Assembly: GCF_035084215.1 (NCBI RefSeq)
Contig: NC_090326.1
Span: 2,232,001 to 2,296,000 of the forward strand
Direction: 5' to 3'
DNA: 64,000 nucleotides
DNA from: Heptranchias perlo
Lineage: Eukaryota
Made by a program: the position numbers and the translations under genes. Each line of letters starts with the position of its first letter. Within the stretch, counting starts at the first letter, position 1. A model generated the notes under the pieces. It searched no databases. It was not told the DNA's origin and saw only the letters and a program-made list of their open reading frames with translations. Below, in pieces: positions 36,528 through 47,829 of the stretch.

Positions 36528-39500
36528 AGCGGCAGTGGACCTGAGCAGCAGAAGTCTGAGATTGGGGAATAAAAGCAGCAGCAGACCTGCAACAAGAGAA
36601 AACTACTGTGCGACGTCACAGGTGAGGCAATAGAATCAGAGAGGTGAGCACAGTATAACAGGAGAGACCGAGAGCGGGAGGAGAGTCTGAGAGTCTAAGG
36701 CAAGTCATGGCAGCAGAGCTTGCACCCGTGATATGCTCCTCCTGCACTATGTGGGAAGTCATGGACACGACAAGTGTCCCTGGCGACCATGTGTGCAGGA
36801 AATTTGTCCAGCTGCAGCTACTGGCTAACCGTATTTCGGAACTGGAGCTGCGGGTGGATTCACCGTGGAGCATCCGCGATGCTGAGACTATCGTGGATAG
36901 CACGTTCAGTGAGGTGGTCACACTGCAGGTAAAGATTACACAGGCAGAAAGGAAATCGGTGACTGCCAGGCAGAGTAAAAGGACTAGGCAGGTAGAGCAA
37001 GAATCCCCTGGGGCCATCTCCCTCTCAAACAGATATTCTGCTTTGGATACTGTTGGGGGAGATGGCTTATCAGGGGAAAGCAGCAAGAGCCAAGTTCCGG
37101 GCACCACGAGTGGCTCTGCTGCACAGTAGGGGAGGAAGAAGAGTGGCAGGGCAATAGTGATAGGGGATTCAATTGTAAGGGGAACAGATAGGCGTTTCTG
37201 CGGCCGTAAACGTGACTCCAGGATGGTATGTTGCTTCCCTGGTGCTAGGGTCAAGGATGTCGCGGAGCAGCTGCAAGACATTCTGGAGGGGGAGGGTGAA
37301 CAGCCAGTAGTCGTGGTCCATATTGGTACCAACCACATTGGTAAAAAAAATGGATGAGGCCCTGCAAGGTGAATTTAAGGAGTTAGGAGTTAAATTAAAA
37401 AGCAGGACTTCAAAGGTAGCGATCTCAGGATTACTACCGGTGCCACGTGCAAGTGAGTATAGGAACAGGAGAATAGACCGGATCAATGAGTGGCTGCAGG
37501 GATGGTGTAGGAAGGAGGGTTTTAGATTCCTGGGATATTGGGACCGGTTCTGGGGAAGGTGGGACCTGTACAAGCGGGACGGGTTACACCCGAGCAGGAC
37601 TGGGACCAATGTCCTCGCGGGGGTGTTTGCTCGTGCTGTTGGGGAAGTTTTAAACTAGAATGGCAGGGGGATGGTAACCTGAGCGGGGAGTCAGAAGGGA
37701 GTAAAGTTGAGAGCAGCAAGATAGGGCAAGACACAGGGGAAATTTACAATACAAATAGTGCAAAAAGTTGTTCAAGAACAAGTGAAACGGAAAAGCGTAG
37801 AGCAGCGGAAAGAAAGTGTACTTTAGGCACTACAGATGAAGTGAAAACTAGAAGGCGTAAGGCGATTATCCCAGCATCAAAGCTGAAGGTCAAGCTAGGG
37901 TGTGTGGCCCAACTAAGAGCTCGATATTCAAATGCACCGAGTATAAGGAATAAATTAATTGAACTACAGGTTCAAATTGAAATTGGAGTTTATGACATGA
38001 CAGCTATTACGGAGACATGGCAGCAGGATGGTCAGGATTGGGAACTAAATATACCGGGTTATAAGGTCTACAGGAGAGATAGGGAAAATGGAAGAGAGGG
38101 AGGAGTAGCCTTAGTGATTCGAGATTAAATCAATTCAATGATAAAGGAGGATATAACGAGAGGTAAGCAGCCAACAGCGACCTTATGGGTTGAATTGAGA
38201 AATAGGAAAGGATTTAAGACTAAAATGGGAGTTGTATATAGGACCCCTGGCAGCAGCTCTGAAGTGCTAGATTGTATAAATGCAGAGATTAGACAAGCAT
38301 GTAGCAAAGGCATAGTGGTCTTAATGGGAGACTTTAAGCTTCACGTAGATTGGGAAAAGAAGACTAGCAACTGTCAGAAAGGTAGTGAATTTCTTGAGTA
38401 TGTCCGGGATAGTTTTCTACAGCAGTATGTCCTGGAGGCAACAAGGGGGCAAGCCATACTAGATTTAGTAATGAGTAATGAACCAGATTTAGTTAACGGC
38501 TTATCTCTGCGTGAACATCTATCCAAAAGTGATCATAACATGATCGAGTTCAATGTAGTGCTTGAAAGGGAAAAAAAGTGAATCAGCTGCTAAGATTCTA
38601 GACTTGGGTAAGGCCGACTTCAATGGGATGAGACAGAGACTGTCCGCAGCAAACTGGGCAAATCTGTTAATGGGTGAAACGACTGATAATCAGTGGGAAA
38701 TGTTTAAAGAAACATTTAACGTGATACAGAATCGGTTTATACCCCTGAGGCCCAAGAAATCTACTTGCCAAAAAAAAAAGCCATGGACAACGAAAGAAGT
38801 AAGGGACAGTATAAGACATAAGGAAAGGGCATACAAAAAGGCAAAAAATTGCACAGATCCTGGCGAATGGGAAAGATACAAAGATCAACAACGAGTCACG
38901 AAACAGATAGTAAGAGCTACAAAAAGAGAGTATGAAAAGAAACTCGCAAGAGATATCAAAACCAATACGAAGAACTTTTATAGTAATATTTGGAAAAAGA
39001 GGGTGGTCAGGAGCAATGTTGGCCCCTTAAAAACTGAAAGTTGGGATATTGTCAATGACAATGGGGAAAAGGCGGACATGTTGAACAATTACTTTGCGTC
39101 AGTATTTACAGTAGAAGAAGAGGATAGCATGCCGGAAATCTCAAGAAAGCTAATATTGAATCGGGGACAGGGTCTCGATAAAATTAACATAAGTAAAGCA
39201 ACAGTAATGAAGAAAATAACAGCACTAAAAAGTGACAAATTCCCAGGACCAGATGGTTTCCATCCCAGGATTTTAAAGGAAGTAGTCGAGCAGATTGCAG
39301 ATGCCCTAACTATAATCGTTCAAAGTTCTCTACATTCTGGAACTGTCCCTCTAGATTGGAAAATTGCACATGTCACTCAGCTTTTTAAGAAAGGACAGAG
39401 AGTGAAACCGGGGAATTATAGACCAATTAGCCTTACATCTGTTGTGGGGAAAGTGCTGGAGTCTATAATTAAGGATAGGATAAATGAACACCTCGAGAAT

Positions 39501-40807
39501 TTTCAGTTAATCAGAGAGAGCCAGCATGGTTTTGTGAAAGGTAGGTCGTGACTGACAAACCTGATTGATTTTTTGAAGAGTTGACTAAAGTCGTGGAAAG
39601 GGGAATGTTAATGGATGTTATTATATGGATTCCAGAAGGCATTTGATAAGGTCCCACATAAGAGGCTGTTAGCTAAGATAGAAGCCCATGGAATCGAGGG
39701 AAAAGTACGGACTTGGTTAGGAAGTTGGCTGAGCGAAAGGCGACAGAGAGTAGGGATAATGGGTAAGTACTCACATTGGCAGGATGTGACTAGTGGAGTC
39801 CCGCAGGGATCTATCTTGGGGCCTCAATTATTCACAATATTTATTAACGACTTAGATGAAGGCATAGAAAGACTCATATGTAAGTTTGCCGATGACACAA
39901 AGATTGGTGGCATTGTAAGCAATGTAGATGAAAACATAACATTACAAAGCGATATTGATAGATTAGGTGAATGGGCAAAACTGTGGCAAATGGAATTCAA
40001 TGCAGACAATTGTGAGGTAATCCACTTTGGATCAAAAAAAGATAGAACAGGTTACTTTCTAAATGGTAAAAAGTTAAAACAGTGGATGTCCAAATGGACT
40101 TAGGGGTTCAGGTGCGTTGATCATTGAAGTTTCATGAACAGGTGCAGAAAATAATCACGAAGGCTAATGGAATGCTGGCCTTTATATCTAGAGGACTAGA
40201 GTACAAGGGGACAGAATTTATGCTGAAACTATACAAAACCCTGGTTAGACCGCACCTGGAGTACTCTGAGCAGTTCTGGGCACCCTACCTTCGGAAGGAC
40301 ATATTGGCCTTGGAGGGAGTGCAGCATAGGTACTAGAATGATACCCGGACTTCAAGGGTTAAGTTATGAGGAGAGATTACACAAATTGGGGTTGTATTCT
40401 CTAGAGTTTCGAAGGTTAAGGGGTGATCTGATCGAAGTTTATAAGATATTAAGGGGAATAGATAGGGTGGATAGAGGAAAACTATTTCTGCTGGTTGGGG
40501 ATTCTCGGAGTAGGGGGCACAGTCTAAAACTTAGAGCCAGACCTTTCAGGAGCGAGATTGGAAAACATTTCTACACACAAAGGGTGGTAGATGTTTGGAA
40601 CTCTTCCGCAAACGGCAATTGATACTAGCTCAATTGCTAAATTTAAATCCGAGATCGATAGCTTTTTGGCAATCAAAAATATTAAGGGATATGGATCAAA
40701 GGCAGGTATATGGAATTAGATCACAGATCAGCCATGATCTTATCAAATGGCGGAGCAGGCACGAGAGGCTGAATGGCCTACTCCTGTTCCTATGTTCCTA
40801 TGTTCCT
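36528..40807 (+). mobile_element. Essentially full-length CR1 LINE (5' UTR, ORF1 zinc finger plus SGNH esterase, ORF2 APE endonuclease plus RT), inactivated
   Basis: ORF1 CSSCTMW..CRKF, IGDSIVRG, HIGTN, DGLH. ORF2 AITETW, MGDF, SDHN, YRPISLTS, QHGF, FADDTK. Tail (tatgttcc)n. Several stops and frameshifts. Confidence 0.96.
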
Positions 40808-41470
40808 AAAAGAGTGACGGCCACTAACCTGAATGTTGGACCTGTCAATCAAAACGGTGACGGCGCTTAAGCAGAATGATGGACCTGTCTATAAAAACAA
40901 TGACGGTCCCTAAACAGAATTGTGGAACTGTCAATCAAAAGAGTGAGAGCCCCTAATCAGAATGGTGCTCCTGTCAATCAAAATATGAAGTCCCCGAAAC
41001 AGAGCAGTGCACCTGTCCATGAAAACAGTTACGGGCCTTAAGCAGAATGGTGTTCTCGTCAATCACAACAGTGGCGGATCTAAACAGAATGTTACACCTG
41101 GCAATCAAAACAGCGACTGCCCCTAAATAGAATGATGGACACGTCAAGTAAAAGAGTGACGGCCCCTGAAAAGTTTGTTGGATCTGTCAATTGAAATAGT
41201 GACGGCCCCTAAACAGAATGGAGCTCCTGTCACTCTAAACAGCGACGGCTCCAAAACAGAATGCTGTACTTGTAAATCAAATCAGCGATGACCCCAAAAC
41301 AGAATGGTGCAGCTGTCAATCAAAACAGCGACTGATCTGAACAGGATGTTGCACCTGTCATTCAAAATAGTGACGGCCCCTAAAAAGAATGGTGGACCTG
41401 TTAATCAAAAGAGTGACTTCTCCTGAACTGAATGGTGAAATTGTCAATCAAAAAAGTGACGGACCCTAAA
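40808..41470. repeat. 43-bp tandem array, right part (~15 units)
   Basis: The same unit resumes immediately after the CR1 tail. Confidence 0.93.
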
Positions 41471-41759
41471 TAATGAGGTTGTCTCATTCTAATGTGTGGT
41501 TCTGGACTGAACCCAGTGGGCATTGCTTACACAAGTGAGATGAGAGTAGAAAAAGTTCCTGCAAACACATCAACATCCCATCTCTCCAAGTCTCACTGCT
41601 GCTGTTGTGTTGAACCAGACATGGAATGGCTGGAGGGAAGACAGTTCGCGCTACATTGGTGACGGGGATAAAAGTAAAATGTTATATTCCTTATATTCAA
41701 TGTAACCGAGGCACCCAGAAATAAACAGTTTATTGGTACAGAGACAAAGTGTTCGACAA

Positions 41760-42078
41760 TCTGTAACCTCATGGCCCGGCATATTCTTCACTCTACCATT
41801 ACCAACAAGCAATGGGAATCAACCCTGGTTGAATGAGGAGTGTAGAAGAGCATGCCAGGAGCAGCACCAGGCGTACCGAAAAAAGAGGTGCCAACCTGGT
41901 GAAGCTACAACTCAGGACTACATGCATGCTAAACAGCGGAAGCAACATGCTATCGACGGAGTTAAGCGATTCCACAACCAACGGATCAGATTAAAACTCT
42001 GCAGACCTGCCAGATCCAGCCGTGAATGATGGTGGACAATTGATCAACGAACGGGAGGAGGAGGTTCTGCAAACATTG
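41760..42078 (+). mobile_element. LINE family B inter-domain fragment
   Basis: QPWLNEECRRACQEQHQAY...EWW-like motif. Confidence 0.75.
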
Positions 42079-42079
42079 C

Positions 42080-42750
42080 AAGTATATTGATAACATGTCC
42101 AATTTAACAACTAATTGTAACTTCATTTCCATGTGTTTTGGTTATCATGTCCAATTTAGCCAAGGACCTTAGCTTTATTCCCTGTGTATTGCACTTAATG
42201 TCCATTTAATAATTAATTGCAACTTTATTCCCAAGTGTATTAGTTACCATGCCGAATTTACCTAGAATTACAAATAATTTACAGCACAGAAGCAGACCAT
42301 GCGGCCCAAGTGTTTTTTTGCCGGTGTTTACACATCATTCCAACCCTACTTGATCTAACCCTACCATCATATCCTTATATTCGTTTCTCCCTCGTGTGTT
42401 TAGCTAGGTTCCCTTTACAGGCATCTATACTATTCGCCTCACATACTCCACATGGTAGCCAATTCCACATCCTAACCACTCTTTAACGATTAAATGTCGC
42501 TTTATTTCCCTGTGTATTGCTTATTAACTGTAACTTTATTCTCATGTGTATATGACATTATCTCCAATGTACAAACTAACTCTAGCTTGATTTCCATGTG
42601 TATTAGTTATCCTACCTGTTGATTATATTTTCCAATCTAAAATTATCGGTGACTTTATTCCCTCTGCATTGGTTAATGTGTGCAATTTAACATTTAACTG
42701 TAAGTTTATTCCCAAGTCTATTGGTTCGCTGATCGAATTCAACAATTCCC
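42080..42750. repeat. Degenerate ~48-50-bp AT-rich tandem repeat interrupted by a retroposon tail (~42268-42482)
   Basis: Recurrent tgtattggttatcatgtccaatttaacaattaactgtaactttattccc. Confidence 0.7.
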
Positions 42751-43319
42751 CCATTCATGATTAGGTGTTTTCCCACATTGTTACCAATGATTCGGCATAC
42801 AGTGGCACGTCTTTCATTAATCATCGTTTACTTCATGCTGAAACTGACCAATGCTGCAGGAACAGGCCATTCTGTTCAAGTGTTTTTTGCCGGTATTTAG
42901 GCCTCACACGAGCCTCCTCCCACCCTATAGCCCTGGTCCAATAGCCTACGTTACGTTAAATTGACTTTTAATTCCCTGCTTAACGGGCAAAGGCTAAATA
43001 TTAACATTACCACAATATCAAGAGAAATCAACAGTATGATAACATCGGTGGATTTCAGGACAGCCTGATTAACCCATTCTTTACATTCCGCTCTTTGTTG
43101 GCTTCAAAGTATTTCAGGCCAACGCAGAACATTATTTCACAAGCATCTCACATCTCTTTCGTTCTATTCCATTACGCAGATCTCTACCTTTTGTTTTACT
43201 TAACATATCATCAAAACAATCATGAATAGTCAAAAAGGTTCAAAACCTATTTGTCCCCATGTATTTATGTGTTTCGAAAAGTCGTCACCTGAACTTAAAA
43301 GATCTTCCAGTCATCTTTT

Positions 43320-43795
43320 ACGAACATAGCAACAGAGGTTGTCCATTCAACCCCTCGAGACTTTTCCCCCATTCAATTACATCATGGCTGATCAGTACCT
43401 TAACTCCATCTACCCGCCGTTTTTCCATAATACATAATACCTTGCCTAACAAAAATCTATCAATCCGAATGTTGAAATTTTCAATTGACCCGCAGCGTAA
43501 CAGCTTTTGGGGGGAGAGAGTTCCAGATTTCTACTATCCTTTGTGTGAAGAAATTCTTCCTGACATCACACCTGAACAGCTTAGCTCTAATTTCAAGATT
43601 ATCCCCCCACCACCACCCTTGTTCTGGACTCACCCAACAGAGTAAATAGGTCAATTGAACATTTCAAAACTGAGATTGATAGATTTTGCAAGGCAAGGGG
43701 ATTACGTGTTATCGAGTGCAGATAAAGATCAGCCATGATCTGAATAAATGGCGGAACTGGCTCGAGTGACTGTGGCCTACTCCTGTTCCAATGTA
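43320..43795. mobile_element. Two degraded CR1 3'-UTR fragments in opposite orientation
   Basis: 43320-43645 resembles the minus-strand tail at 15262-15580; 43650-43795 resembles the plus-strand tail at 40630-40800. Confidence 0.7.
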
Positions 43796-44359
43796 CTTTG
43801 CTGCAGTGAGGTCACTTATTCCAACGGCGATGCATCCTACAATTTCTCCCCAGTATTTGGTGCCGTTTTCAAACTTTTTTCCCCCAAATGTTTCCACTAA
43901 ATTCTAACTCTGCGGTTGCAGATTGTTACAAAGGACTGTAGAAAACGGTGAGATCAGAACGAAGTCAGGGTAATGGTGTCTTTAGCAGATAATTTCGGAC
44001 ACTCTGACACTTCCTCGTTATCACCTCCGGTCCATGAACAGCTTGTTGGAGCCAATCATTAAAATATAAGGAAACGGGACTGAACCACACAAACTATTGA
44101 CCAGGTAAAATCACCAGAATCAGCATTGCAGGCATTGGTTTGGTCCATCACTGAAGGAAAAAGAAATAATGTAGAGATAAAAGAAAATGACGGCACTAAA
44201 AGGGACAAGCTTCAAAAAGTAGGGAGAAGATCATGACTATAAAAGAAACAGAAACATTAAATAAAAGTACTGACTATCAAATAAATGAGGGAAATGCTCG
44301 GTTTATTTTATCAGTTACCTGCGATGAAGTTTTTTAAATTAATCCTGTTGATGAGGTCT

Positions 44360-44442
44360 CAGCCTGGATTTTATGACCTCGTTATTTTAACGCCAGCATC
44401 AACTTCCAGCGTTAAAATAAATCAATCATAAAATCCGGGCTG
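44360..44442. repeat. 83-bp inverted repeat / hairpin (MITE-like)
   Basis: cagcctggattttatga pairs with tcataaaatccgggctg; ttattttaacgc pairs with gcgttaaaataa. Confidence 0.85.
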
Positions 44443-44529
44443 CTTAAACACACGCTCAACACAAGGGCTTCATTGTAAATTTGCGGGCATGACACCTTGT
44501 AAAGTTTTTAGTTTCCTTAGAAACATGTA

Positions 44530-44970
44530 CAACAATTTATAAAGCGCCTTTAACGACCCCAGTACGTCCCAAACCGCACAATGGAATACATTTGAAGTGT
44601 AGTCATTGTTGTAATGTCGGAAACGCCGCAACTAATTTGCGCACAGTAAGGTCCCACAAACTGCAATGTGATAATGACCAGATCATCTGTTTTAGAGACA
44701 TTGGTTGAGGGATTAATATTGGTCAAGAGACTGGGAAAAACTCCCGGCTCTTGTTCGATAAATCCCATGGGATCATTTACATCCACCTGAGACATGGCAT
44801 AGGTTTAACATTTCAACTGAAAGTCGGAAACTCCAGCAGTGCAGCACTCCCTGATCACTGCACTGGAGTGTCAGCCTAGATTTTCTGCTCTGGTCTCTGG
44901 AGTGAGACTATAAACCGACAAGCTTCTGACTCAGAGGCGAGAATGCCACCACTGAGCCAGGGCTGACAGC
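44530..44970 (-). mobile_element. Deu-domain tRNA SINE (SacSINE1-like)
   Basis: Reverse complement of the 12141-12790 element without the tandem amplification; A box at ccactgagcca (~44950). Confidence 0.8.
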
Positions 44971-45364
44971 AAAATTGACCAACTGTTACCGCGTTGAGAG
45001 CTTTTCAGAATATCAACTAAAATAGAGTCTGGCATGCTCGCACAAAATCTAAAAGTAGTTTTCACGAATTATCTTCCCCAGCGAGCTCTCCATGGAAATG
45101 AACAGAAAGTAGGAAGGTTAAAACTCTTGAGCTCAAATCTCCTCACTGGTTCAAGTTTATATTTAAAGTAAAATGCACAATATACTTTTCACAAGCAGTA
45201 ATTTGTACCCACGTCATCTTGTCCAGAACTTTCTGTGATGATAACGCTACTCCTGTTTGAAAGGGACCATCTCCTTTACTAAGATGGCGCTGGACAGGAT
45301 GTGGGCCGCTGACAGCTTCGACAAGAGGAAGCGCCCGGACTTCGGAGCGGATGGACTTCGGCCC

Positions 45365-45890
45365 CTTGCCATAGAGGAAGTGCAGCGAAGGTTCACCAGA
45401 CTGATTCCTGGGATGGCAGGACTGTCATATGAGCAGAAATTGGCACGACTCGGCCTGTATTCACTCGAGTTTAGAAGAATGAGAGGGGATCTCTTTGAAA
45501 CATATACAATTCTGACGGCGCTAAACAGCCTGGATGCAAGGAGGATACTTTCCCTAGCTGGGGGGTCAAGAACGAGGGGGTCACTGTCTCAGGACACGGG
45601 GTAGGACATTTAGGACTGAGATGAGGAGAAATTTCTTTATTCAGAGTGTGGTGAACTTGTGGAATTCTCTACAACAGAAGGCTGTGGAGGCAAATTCAAT
45701 GAATATATTTAAGAAGGATCTCGATAGATTTCTAGACACAAAAGGCATCAATGGTTATGGGGAGAGAGCGGGAATATGGTATTGAGATAAAGGATCAGCC
45801 ATAATCATATTGAATGGCGAAGCAGGCTCGAAGGGCCGAATGGCTTACTCCTGCTCCTATTTTGTACGTTCCTGTGTTTCTATGTTTCTC
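45365..45890 (+). mobile_element. CR1 3' fragment
   Basis: AIEEVQRRFTRLIPGMAGLSYE..YSLEFRRMRGDL; tail tgtgtttctatgtttc. Confidence 0.9.
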
Positions 45891-46378
45891 TTGCCTTGTT
45901 TGCCCTCCCCAACTGCATTACCTCACACATCTCTGGTTTGAATTCCACTTGCCCCTTTTCTGCCCACCTGACCAGTCCAGTGATATCTACCTTCTGTCTA
46001 CAGCTTTCCTCCTCACTATCATTCACACGGCCAATATTTGTTTCATCTTCCATCTTCTTAATCATGTCCCTAACATTATGTCCAAATCATTAATATATGC
46101 CTCAAAAAGTAAAGGACACCAATTCTATACGTTAATGATTTAATTGTTGAAATGACGAAGTGGATGTAAATTCACTGAAATCACAGCCTTACCCAGAAGC
46201 ACAGAAATAATCTGCAATCTGTGAATGAAGCTACACTTGCTTCGAATCACTACTTTCAGACTGCGGATCTAGAAATTTGTGTCCTTCCCGATAGTTGGTC
46301 AAATAATACTCTGAGCTTTGGGGAGTTTCACTTTCCATCTGTGCAATCTCTGGTTAAATGGGTTTTGTCCAATTAAAC

Positions 46379-46460
46379 TGTTTGTTCAGTGACTGTAATT
46401 AATGTCAGTCCCCACTGACCCGATCCATCTCACTGGGTGATTTCTCCCTGCTATAAATAA
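46379..46460 (+). promoter_or_regulatory. Putative GPCR core promoter: TGTTTGTTCAGTGACTGTAATTAAT motif plus TATAAATA
   Basis: Matches 10580-10605 (minus strand). TATAAATA at 46452-46459, ~95 bp upstream of the ATG at 46550. Confidence 0.55.
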
Positions 46461-46549
46461 TAGGATGTTTCCCTGTCTTATCTCAGTGTCAGTTGGAGCA
46501 TTGACTCCCACACAAACTGGGATCATCGGTTCTCACAGAAGCGGAACTA

Positions 46550-46646
46550 ATGGAAAGGTGTCAACCAATTGGGGTGAAGATACTATACACACTTTTTTCT
46601 GTACAAAATATTTACTATCCGCTCCTTGCTGCTTTTGGCGTTCCTG
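46550..46646 (+). pseudogene. Orphan exon 1 of a second GPR139/GPR142-like GPCR (MERCQPIGVKILYTLFSVQNIYYPLLAAFGVP-G)
   Basis: IYYPxLAxxGV motif as in the first gene. Ends at the same phase-1 position, but the donor reads GCGATT. No exon 2 was seen downstream in the window. Not in the ORF track in this frame. Confidence 0.75.
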
Positions 46647-46989
46647 GCGATTTACAATCATAGAATCTTACAGCACAGATATAAATCGTATCTGCAACTG
46701 TCAATTCAAAAACAATTTTTATAATAGTTATCGTTCTTACTTGAGTCCTGATATCAGCCGATTAATGATGTTTGTTGTATTCCCTGTCCCTCTGAAAATT
46801 CTCCGCACTCCTTCTCTATGGCTGTTTCCCTATTCGCCCATTCTCTGCCATGCCTTAATTTATTAGATTACCTTAAACCAAGCAAAAACAAATTAAGCCT
46901 TAAATGTGGTTATTTTTGGTTTCATTACTCTAGTTAAGTGGTTTAAGTTTTTAATTTTAATGAGCTACCAGTAGTTTTAAGCTTCGAGC

Positions 46990-47215
46990 TTTTAATTCAA
47001 TGCACCCAATTCCCTCACTGAGAGAAAAATTGTAATACTCACCAGCCAATCAGCTAACTGCTGTCCTGTGACGTCACTCCTTGTTTTTTCACTGTTTGCT
47101 TCTCCGCTCCGAGTGTTGGTCGGCCTTCGAGCCTGGGCCTTTCGTTGTGCTCCGCGTCCTGCGCTCTCTCTCACATCCGGGCCCGCCGGTAGCTCAGCTC
47201 CGAGTGTCCGAATAG
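46990..47215 (-). mobile_element. Isolated CR1 5'-UTR/promoter fragment
   Basis: CpG-rich; the minus strand reads gacgtcacagg..gattggctggtgagta, resembling gacgtcacagg in the 5' UTR of the full-length CR1 at ~36613. Confidence 0.55.
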
Positions 47216-47829
47216 AATAACTTCAAGTGAGATATCTACCCCTGAAGAACCAATGCTCGCACTGCAGCAGGCTGCATGTGTTCGGTTGGAAACCTGCATG
47301 AAAGAACATGCTGTCTGACAGAGCTGTAAGTTCAGTATATTGACTTTTGTTCAGAGCAGGTGATGAGCCTCCTTCTTGAGAGTGTTTCGCCGATCCAGCC
47401 CAGAGATGATTAAGCGTCATGAACTCGAATGGGACTGGAACCACTTGTATAAAAGGAAGTTTAGTTGGTAATTTCCCATCCTTGTTGGACATTACTGATA
47501 CAATTGCCGTTTTGCTGCAAAATTCCATTTCGCAGCGCCGTAAGCACCAAACCCAGAACTAAAATTCAACTGTGATTGGACTTGAAACCATAAGCCTCGA
47601 ATGTCTGTTCTGTCCTCTCCTTAATTGGAAATCGAACGCGCTATCTATTGCTTCACAGACCGGATTCTGATTTCTACTACATCTATACAAAGACAGTTTG
47701 TTCAATAAAAGTGCTCACTCTCTCTCTCCCTTTTGTTCTCTTTCTCGCTCTCTTGCGTTCTCACTCTCCCCCTTTTTCTCAAGATGGCAGGGTTACAAAG
47801 CGGTCAAAGTTATGTTACAACAGTGCAGA

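Noticed and set aside
36616-37338. 240-aa minus-strand ORF
   Set aside because: Antisense shadow of CR1 ORF1.
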